A stretch of 64,000 nucleotides of DNA from Burkholderiales bacterium (GTDB taxonomy: Bacteria; Pseudomonadota; Gammaproteobacteria; Burkholderiales; Burkholderiaceae_C): the NCBI GenBank assembly GCA_038249155.1, contig JBBRWN010000003.1, positions 43,724 through 107,723 on the forward strand, written 5' to 3'. Made by a program: the position numbers and the translations under genes. Positions 57,556 through 64,000 of this stretch are shown in pieces. Within the stretch, counting starts at the first letter, position 1; each line of letters starts with the position of its first letter. The notes below the pieces were generated by a model, which saw only the letters and a program-made list of their open reading frames with translations, did not search any database and was not told where the DNA came from.

Positions 57556-60500
57556 CCGCCGCCGCCTACGCCCGCAACGGCCAGCCGATTTCAGCCGAAG
57601 CCTTTTACGCCATCGCCTGCGACCCGCGCCGCAGCGTCGCCGTCGAAGCCTGCGCCGGCGCGGGCAAAACCTGGATGCTGGTCTCGCGCATCGTGCGCGC
57701 CCTGCTCGATGGCGCCAACGCGCCCGACTACGCCGACGGCACGCCGCGCGAGCCGGTGCGACCGCATGAAATCCTCGCCATCACCTTCACGAAAAAAGCC
57801 GCTGGTGAAATGCGCGAGCGCCTCGATGAGTGGCTGAAAAAATTCACCAGCGCCGACGACGAAACGCTGCGCCAGGAACTCATCATGCGCGGCGTCTCCA
57901 GCCAGAAAAGTCTGCAATCCAGCCCGGAGCTGCGCCGCCAATTGGCGGGCCTGTACCGCTTGATGCTGGCGGGCGGGCGCGCCGTGCAGATTCGCACTTT
58001 TCACAGCTGGTTTGCCGCGCTGCTGCGCAGTGCGCCGGTGGCCGTGCTGCACCGCATGAACCTGCCGGTCAACTACGAACTGCTCGAAGACGACGGCCCG
58101 GCGCGCGCGCTGGTCTGGCGGCGCTTTTACACAGCGATCAGCAGCGACGCGGCCTTAAAAGCCGACTTTGAGGCGCTGGTGCTGACGCACGGGCGCTTTC
58201 AGACCGACAAGGCACTGCAGACTTCGCTGGACAAGCGCACCGAATTTCTGCTCGCTGACGAGCAAGGCGTGGTCGATGCGTCGGTGCAGCCGTTTGACGT
58301 GATATTTCCCGAGTTCGCGGGGCTGAGCGCGCCTGAAGACGCGCTGGCGCCCGGCGGCGCGCTGGAGCCGCTGCTGTGGGAATCGGCCAAGGCGTTGGGC
58401 CGGGCCAGCCAGCCCAGCTTTTCCGCCAAAGGCGCGGAGCTGGAACAAGCGTTAACCGCGCAAAACCGGCCCGCCATCTTCAGCGCGCTGCTGACCGACA
58501 AAGGCACGCCGCGCAAGTTCAGCGACAAAATCATCGGCATTGACACCGTGCGCCAGACGCAGGAGTTGGTCTTGCGCGTACAGGCCGCCAGCGCGCAGCA
58601 TGCCGCCTGGCGCCACCAGCAGCGCATGGCGCGCCTGAGCCGCGTTTTAATAGCCGAATTCACCCAGCTGAAAAAAGAGCGCGGCTGGGTCGATATGAAC
58701 GATGTCGAGCGCGCCGCGCTGGTCATGCTCGGCGATCCGGTGCTGGCGGGCTGGGTGCAGGAGCGCCTGGACGCCCGCATCAAGCACCTGATGATCGACG
58801 AGTTTCAGGACACCAATCCGCTGCAGTGGCAGGCTTTATCGTCCTGGCTGAGTGGCTACGGCGGCGCGGGCGCGGCGCCCAGCGTGTTTCTGGTCGGCGA
58901 CCCGAAGCAGAGCATTTACCGCTTCCGCCGCGCCGAGCCGCAGGTGTTTCGCGCCGCGCAGGCCTTTGTCGTTGAGGGGCTGGGCGGCGATTTGCTCAGC
59001 TGCGACCACACGCGGCGCAACGCTTTGACTGTCATCGCCACTGTCAACGCCACGCTGGGCCAGGCCCGCGAGGCCGACGGCTACGACGGTTTTCGCGAGC
59101 ACACCACCGATTCGTCGAAAGAAGGCCAGGTTAGCTGCCTGCCCGCCATTGCCCGCCCCAAAAAAGACGTGGAAACCGACCTGCTGCCCGGCGTCGTCTG
59201 GCGCGACAGCCTGACCACGCCCCGCGAGCTGCCCGAAGAAACCCTGCGCACGCTCGAAGCGCGCCAAGCCGCCGCGTGGATTGCGCAGCAGGTGGCCGCT
59301 GGCCTGCCGCCCGCGCAGGTGATGGTGCTGTCGCGCCGACGCGCCGGTCTGCTGCCGCTGCAAGAAGAACTGCGGGCGCTGCACATTCCCGCCCAGATTG
59401 GCGAAAAAACCGATTTGATCGACTGCTGCGAAGTGCTTGATTTGGTCGCGCTGCTCGACGTGCTGGTCTCGCCGCAGCATGATTTGTCGCTGGCGCGGGC
59501 GCTGCGCTCGCCGCTGTTTGGCCTGAGCGACGCCAACCTGGTGCAGCTCGCTTTGCTGCAGCGCGAACTGGCCCAGCCGTGGAGCGAGTTGCTGAAACAA
59601 ACTGAGCTGCTGGCGCCCGAACTGCAAGGGGTTGCCGCCACGCTGGCGCGCTGGAAAAGCTGGCTCGACAGCCTGCCGCCGCACGACGCGCTGCAGGCCA
59701 TTTACGACGATGGCGACGTGCTGGCCCGCTTTGTTGCTGCCGCGCCCGCGACCCAGCGCCAGGCGGTGCTGGCCAACCTGCGCGCCCTGCTGGCGGTGGC
59801 GCTAGAGCGCGACGGCGGGCGCTACGTCACGCCTTACGGCATGGTGCGCGCCCTGAAAGCGGGCGGCCTGCTGGCCCCGGTCGCCGTCAACAGCCAGGCC
59901 GTGCGCCTGCTGACCATCCACGGCGCCAAGGGGTTGGAAGCCGAAGCCGTGCTGCTGCTCGACACCGACACCGTGGAGCGCAACGCCGACAGCATGAGCG
60001 TGCTGGTCGATTGGCCCGGCGAAGCCATCGCGCCGCGCAAATTCGTCTTTCTGGTCAGCGAAAGCGCGCCGCCCGCCTGCGCCCAGGAAACCCTCGTCGC
60101 CGAGCAGCTAGCGCGCAAGCGCGAGGAATTAAACGCGCTGTATGTCGCGCTGACGCGGGCGCGCCACACGCTGGTGATTTCGTCGATAGAGCCGCACCGC
60201 GCCACCACGGACAGCTGGTGGCGGCGGCTGCAGGCGCAGCTGGCGCTGCTGGATGAGGCGGCCGAAGCGTCAGCGCCAGTCCCGGCGGCGAAGGCCGTTT
60301 GTTCTTTGGGGCTGGTCACTTCATCCTCCGACGTATTCCACCTGCCCGAACTCCCGGCCTGGCGCGCCCCGGCAGCGCTTGCGCCAGAGGGCGACAGCGT
60401 CGATGCCGACGGCCAGGCCAGCGCGCCCGCCGCCGACGCCGACCCCGCCAAAGCGCGCATCGGCAAGGCCATGCACCGGCTGCTCGAATGGGGCGGGCCG

Positions 60501-60890
60501 TCGTCGCCGGAGCATGTGGGCGCGGTGGCGCGGGAATTTCGCCTCAGTCCGGCGCAGGCTGCCGAAGCCTCGGTGCTGGCCCAGCGCATCGTGCAGGGCG
60601 AGGGCGCCTGGGCCTGGCGCGCCGACGTGGTGGCCTGGCAGGGCGATGAAGTCAATCTGGTTTACAAAGGCCAGCCGCTGCGGCTGGACCGGCTGATCCA
60701 GCGCAAGGACGCGGGCTACGAAGGCCAGTGGTGGGTGCTGGACTACAAATCAGCCCCGGAGCCAGAACTGCAGCCCGCCTTGATCGCCAAAATGCGCACC
60801 TACCGCGCCGCCGTGCAGCGGATTTACCCTGGCGCGGTGGTCAGGGCGGTTTTCCTGACCGGGCAGGGGACGGTGGTGGAGCTGGTCTGA
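57552..60890 (+). CDS. addA: UvrD/Rep-family helicase-nuclease, AddA-like subunit
   Basis: ATG 57552, overlapping the addB stop (ATGA). ACAGAGKTWMLVSR Walker A, MIDEFQDTNPLQW motif II, YVALTRARH motif VI, and a C-terminal RecB-type nuclease WWVLDYKS. Confidence 0.8.
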   Translation: MTAAAYARNGQPISAEAFYAIACDPRRSVAVEACAGAGKTWMLVSRIVRALLDGANAPDYADGTPREPVRPHEILAITFTKKAAGEMRERLDEWLKKFTSADDETLRQELIMRGVSSQKSLQSSPELRRQLAGLYRLMLAGGRAVQIRTFHSWFAALLRSAPVAVLHRMNLPVNYELLEDDGPARALVWRRFYTAISSDAALKADFEALVLTHGRFQTDKALQTSLDKRTEFLLADEQGVVDASVQPFDVIFPEFAGLSAPEDALAPGGALEPLLWESAKALGRASQPSFSAKGAELEQALTAQNRPAIFSALLTDKGTPRKFSDKIIGIDTVRQTQELVLRVQAASAQHAAWRHQQRMARLSRVLIAEFTQLKKERGWVDMNDVERAALVMLGDPVLAGWVQERLDARIKHLMIDEFQDTNPLQWQALSSWLSGYGGAGAAPSVFLVGDPKQSIYRFRRAEPQVFRAAQAFVVEGLGGDLLSCDHTRRNALTVIATVNATLGQAREADGYDGFREHTTDSSKEGQVSCLPAIARPKKDVETDLLPGVVWRDSLTTPRELPEETLRTLEARQAAAWIAQQVAAGLPPAQVMVLSRRRAGLLPLQEELRALHIPAQIGEKTDLIDCCEVLDLVALLDVLVSPQHDLSLARALRSPLFGLSDANLVQLALLQRELAQPWSELLKQTELLAPELQGVAATLARWKSWLDSLPPHDALQAIYDDGDVLARFVAAAPATQRQAVLANLRALLAVALERDGGRYVTPYGMVRALKAGGLLAPVAVNSQAVRLLTIHGAKGLEAEAVLLLDTDTVERNADSMSVLVDWPGEAIAPRKFVFLVSESAPPACAQETLVAEQLARKREELNALYVALTRARHTLVISSIEPHRATTDSWWRRLQAQLALLDEAAEASAPVPAAKAVCSLGLVTSSSDVFHLPELPAWRAPAALAPEGDSVDADGQASAPAADADPAKARIGKAMHRLLEWGGPSSPEHVGAVAREFRLSPAQAAEASVLAQRIVQGEGAWAWRADVVAWQGDEVNLVYKGQPLRLDRLIQRKDAGYEGQWWVLDYKSAPEPELQPALIAKMRTYRAAVQRIYPGAVVRAVFLTGQGTVVELV

Positions 60891-60932
60891 GCGGGCGTTT
60901 TGTTGTTTTTCTGAATTAGCGGCTGATGGCGC

Positions 60933-60963
60933 TTGACTTGGAGTGCGCTCTAACTTTTACAGT
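60933..60963 (+). promoter_or_regulatory. MerR-type promoter with 19-bp spacer (TTGACT-19-TACAGT)
   Basis: -35 TTGACT at 60933-60938, -10 TACAGT at 60958-60963. An imperfect dyad ACTTGGAG..CTCTAACT lies in the spacer. The -10 ends 8 nt before the merR-family ATG. Confidence 0.5.
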
Positions 60964-60971
60964 CGTTTCCT

Positions 60972-61364
60972 ATGGAATCCTGCTTGAGCATTAACGAGGT
61001 TGCAAAACGCACCGGCCTGACCGCCTACACGCTGCGCTACTATGAACGCATTGGCCTGATTGCGCCGGTCGCCCGTGCGGGCGGCGGCCAGCGGCGCTAT
61101 GCGGCCTCGGACATGGACTGGCTGGGATTCCTGCTTCGCCTGCGCGCGACCGGTATGCCGATTCAGCAGATGCAGGAATTCGCCAGACTGCGAAGCCAGG
61201 GGAATGCCACGGCCAGTGAACGCCGTGAAATGCTTGAAAAACACCTCTTCGAGGTACTGGCCCAAGTGCAGGCGCTACAACAATCAGCGCAGGTATTGCA
61301 GGCCAAGATTTCGTATTACCAGCAGGTCGAGCATTCCTTTTTGCAAACTGTCACCCCGTTGTAA
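60972..61364 (+). CDS. MerR family transcriptional regulator
   Basis: 130 aa. LSINEVAKRTGLTAYTLRYYERIGLI HTH followed by a coiled-coil dimerisation helix. Confidence 0.88.
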   Translation: MESCLSINEVAKRTGLTAYTLRYYERIGLIAPVARAGGGQRRYAASDMDWLGFLLRLRATGMPIQQMQEFARLRSQGNATASERREMLEKHLFEVLAQVQALQQSAQVLQAKISYYQQVEHSFLQTVTPL

Positions 61365-61376
61365 AAGGAAAACATC

Positions 61377-61757
61377 ATGTCACCCAGCCGCTACGAACAA
61401 GGGCTCGCCAAATTGCAGGAAATTGACGGCGAGGCGGGCACCAACGTCGTCAACAGCCTGCGCGATATTGCCCCCGACTTTGCCCGCTACCTGATCGAGT
61501 TTCCGTTTGGCGATATTTATTCCCGCCCCGGCCTGGATTTGCGCTCGCGTGAGATTGCCGTGGTGGCCGCGCTGACCGCGATGGGCAATGCGGCGCCCCA
61601 ACTGAAAGTACATATTCAAGGCGCGCTGAACGTCGGCGTGTCTAAAGATGAAGTCGTCGAAGTCATCATGCAGATGGCGGTTTATGCGGGTTTTCCGGCG
61701 GCGCTCAACGGTCTGTTTGCGGCCAAGGAAGTGTTTGCTGCTCAAGCTGCCGCCTGA
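61377..61757 (+). CDS. carboxymuconolactone decarboxylase (CMD/AhpD-like) family protein
   Basis: 126 aa. [27 protein letters not shown] and [17 protein letters not shown] motifs. Confidence 0.85.
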   Translation: MSPSRYEQGLAKLQEIDGEAGTNVVNSLRDIAPDFARYLIEFPFGDIYSRPGLDLRSREIAVVAALTAMGNAAPQLKVHIQGALNVGVSKDEVVEVIMQMAVYAGFPAALNGLFAAKEVFAAQAAA

Positions 61758-61765
61758 ATGCCGCA

Positions 61766-63241
61766 TCAGTGTTGGGGCGCAATGGCCCGCTGGCGCAAGG
61801 TGCGGCGGTAAGCGCCCGCCGCGATGGCGAGCGCGGCGACGATCAAAACCGCAGCGACTGCGAACGTGATCCGCATCCCGGCGGCAACGGCTTCGGGCTG
61901 CGCCGTCGTCATGTCGTTCGCCTTCGATGCGAGCGCAAACACCGCGCCCATCACGGAGGCACCCGTAATCAGCCCAAGATTGCGCGACAGGCTGAGCAGG
62001 CCGGAAACGACACCCCGCTGATCTGCACGAACATCGGCCATGACGGCGCTGTTATTCGCCGTCATGAACAGCGCATAGCCGACGGTGATGACGACGATGG
62101 GGGCGATATAGCCAGCGATACCGGCCATGCCGGGCGCCGTCGGCATCAGGGCCAGAATTAAAGCGCCAGCCGCCATGCCCGCCAGACCGGCCAGCGTCAT
62201 GCGCTGCGCGCCAAAACGATCCGCCATGCGGCCAGCTGGCACACCGGCCAGCGCGGCAGCCAGTGGCCCAGTTGACAAAACAAGCCCCACCTGTGCAGCC
62301 GCCAGTCCGAGCGCACGCGACAGATAAAACGGCCCGACGACCAGCGTCGCCATCATCACCGTCGAGACGAGCGCGCTCATGACCAGGCTCGCGCGCAGGG
62401 CCGGATCGCAGAACATCGCCAGTTGAACCAGCGGCGAGGCGGCCCGCGCCTGTACCCGCACGAACAGGCCGATGCCAAGGGCTGCAGCCAGCAGTAGCGC
62501 CACGTTCAGCAGACCAAAGTTGCCGCGCCCCATCGTCACGGCCAGGGCGTAAGCCGCCAGCGTCAGCGCCAGCAGCAGCGTGCCCAGCTTGTCGAAGCGA
62601 ACGCCGCCAGTGGCCGCCCCGCAGCGATCCACCGGCAGGCAGCGATAAGCGAGAAGAAAAGCCAGAATGCCCAGTGGCACGTTGACGAAGAAAATCGCCC
62701 GCCAGCCCAATCCGGCAATCAACATGCCGCCCAGCGACGGCCCCAGCGCAGTGCCGATGGCGGACATGGTTCCGAGCAGCCCCATTGCGCTGCCGGTTTT
62801 TGCCTTGGGAGCTGTCTCGCCTATAAAAGCCATAGTGAGCGCCATCATGATGGCTGCGCCCAGGCCCTGCACCGCCCGCGCAGCAATCAACAGCCAGAGC
62901 GTGGGCGCCGCGCCGCACAGGCTGGAGGCCAGCGTGAACAGCGCGATGCCCGCCAGCAGCAGCCGCTTGCGGCCCACGATGTCGCCGAGCCGCCCGACGC
63001 TGACGATCAAGCTGGTGATGGCCAGAAGGTAGGCGATGACTACCCACTGGACTTCCTGAAAAGAGGCGCTGAACGCCTGCGCCAGCGTCGGCAAGCCCAC
63101 GTTGGCGCTGCTGGTGCCCAGCGAGGACAGCAGCATGGACAGCGACAGGCTGGTCAGCGCCCAGCGCACCGAAGGCAACAGTTCTGCGCTGGCGGCGCTG
63201 GCAGCGGCGGCTGCTTTTGGGGTGGCAATGATGGGTTTCAA
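61766..63241 (-). CDS. MFS transporter, DHA2 (EmrB/QacA, 14-TM) family
   Basis: 491 aa, 14 predicted TM. Motif A-like GRLGDIVGRKRLLL. Confidence 0.85.
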   Translation of the reverse strand: MKPIIATPKAAAAASAASAELLPSVRWALTSLSLSMLLSSLGTSSANVGLPTLAQAFSASFQEVQWVVIAYLLAITSLIVSVGRLGDIVGRKRLLLAGIALFTLASSLCGAAPTLWLLIAARAVQGLGAAIMMALTMAFIGETAPKAKTGSAMGLLGTMSAIGTALGPSLGGMLIAGLGWRAIFFVNVPLGILAFLLAYRCLPVDRCGAATGGVRFDKLGTLLLALTLAAYALAVTMGRGNFGLLNVALLLAAALGIGLFVRVQARAASPLVQLAMFCDPALRASLVMSALVSTVMMATLVVGPFYLSRALGLAAAQVGLVLSTGPLAAALAGVPAGRMADRFGAQRMTLAGLAGMAAGALILALMPTAPGMAGIAGYIAPIVVITVGYALFMTANNSAVMADVRADQRGVVSGLLSLSRNLGLITGASVMGAVFALASKANDMTTAQPEAVAAGMRITFAVAAVLIVAALAIAAGAYRRTLRQRAIAPQH

Positions 63242-63378
63242 CGTGAGCTCCTTTTTCTGGCGACGCCCGATGTGGAGCGGCCAGCCAAGCGTAGTTCTTT
63301 GCCCGAGATAGCGGAAGGCGCAGCATTTGCACTTTATCCGTGTGCTTGACGCCTTGTCACGATCACGGCCAATGCGCT

Positions 63379-64000
63379 ATGGTCAAGCGCATGGCCCCAC
63401 CTGATCTGAACCTGCTTGTCATCCTGGACGTGCTGCTCGCCGAGGGCAGCGTGGCGCGCGCCGCCGAACGCCTGCGCCTGAGCCCCTCGGCCATGAGCCG
63501 GGCGCTGGCCCGGCTGCGCGAGACCACGGGCGATCCGCTGCTGGTCAGGGCCGGGCGCGGTCTGGTTCCCACGCCCCGCGCCATCGAGCTGCACGAACGG
63601 GTCAGCCAGCTGGTTCAAGACGCCCAAGCGGTGCTGCGCCCCGCCGAAATGCTCAACCTTCAGCAGCTGGTGCGAACCTTCACACTGCGCACCAGCGAAG
63701 GCTTTGTGGAGAACTTCGGCCCCGGCCTGATTGCCCGCGTCAGCGCAGAAGCGCCCGGCGTGCAGCTGTGCTTTGCGCAGAAACCGAACAAGGACAGCAC
63801 GCCACTGCGCGACGGCGTCGTCGATCTGGAAACCGGTGTCGTCGGCAGGGCGACAGGCCCGGAGGTGCGCGCGCAGGCATTGCTGCGCGACCGTTTCATT
63901 GGCGTCGTGCGAATCGGGCACCCGCTGAGCCAGGGCGAGATGACGCCCTCCCGTTATGCGGCGGGCGGGCACATCTGCGTGTCGCGGCGGGGCCAAGACA
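63379..64000 (+). CDS. LysR family transcriptional regulator, 3' end outside the window
   Basis: Not in the track because it is edge-truncated. Manual translation: MVKRMAPPDLNLLVILDVLLAEGSVARAAERLRLSPSAMSRALARLRETTGDPLLVRAGRGLVPTPRA. Start is ATG 63379 or 63391. Divergent from the MFS gene. Confidence 0.8.
   Translation, partial: MVKRMAPPDLNLLVILDVLLAEGSVARAAERLRLSPSAMSRALARLRETTGDPLLVRAGRGLVPTPRAIELHERVSQLVQDAQAVLRPAEMLNLQQLVRTFTLRTSEGFVENFGPGLIARVSAEAPGVQLCFAQKPNKDSTPLRDGVVDLETGVVGRATGPEVRAQALLRDRFIGVVRIGHPLSQGEMTPSRYAAGGHICVSRRGQD

Noticed and set aside
55566-60655. Minus-strand ORFs antisense to the AddB/AddA-like genes (for example 55621..56385, 58836..59684 and 59834..60655)
   Set aside because: They are shadow ORFs of long high-GC genes, with Ser/Ala/Arg-rich low-complexity products.
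62052-63996. Minus-strand ORFs 62052..63332 (426 aa) and 63334..63996 (220 aa)
   Set aside because: The first is an out-of-frame overlap of the MFS transporter on the same strand. The second is antisense to the LysR regulator, which has a clear wHTH. Both are Arg/Gly/Ala-rich.

Overview
This is a high-GC betaproteobacterial chromosome segment. Gene content and order look like Burkholderiales/Comamonadaceae; that placement is inferred from family recognition, since no search was possible. Most of the window is conserved housekeeping: dnaG (cut by the window edge), ggt, phasin, efp with its arginine rhamnosyltransferase earP, uvrC-pgsA, HU, ppiD, adk-kdsB-lpxK-exbBD, xseA, sodB, icd, ppx, a complete Pho block (pstSCAB-phoU-phoBR), rpmE2-rho-trxA, an AddB/AddA-like pair, and a MerR/CMD/MFS/LysR cluster. 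There are two intact tRNA genes, Val-TAC and His-GTG. Three regions look accessory. (1) An integrative element of about 8.9 kb sits in the 3' end of tRNA-His (22987-31935). It is bounded by a perfect 50-bp direct repeat and carries 27-bp arm repeats at both ends. It encodes a P4/DUF4102-type integrase with an in-frame TGA ahead of its catalytic His/Tyr, a RelE/HigB-like toxin with its antitoxin, a lower-GC orphan gene, an AlpA-like gene, and a chain of ATGA-coupled small and membrane cistrons. One of those cistrons carries four 18-bp palindromes. The element also has a 306-bp structured non-coding spacer and an apparently frameshifted PriCT-2/Toprim/RepA-like primase-helicase. It appears to be a decaying satellite- or island-like replicon and is the best place to look for something new. 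(2) A low-GC three-gene glycan cassette (GT2, hexapeptide acetyltransferase, O-antigen-ligase-like) with no mobility genes lies at 4823-7586. (3) A very AT-rich spacer followed by an orphan ORF lies at about 39990-40557. All product calls rest on motifs I recognise in the supplied translations. Start codons were refined by hand and remain uncertain where noted. Many long ORFs in the track are antisense or out-of-frame high-GC artefacts and were rejected.
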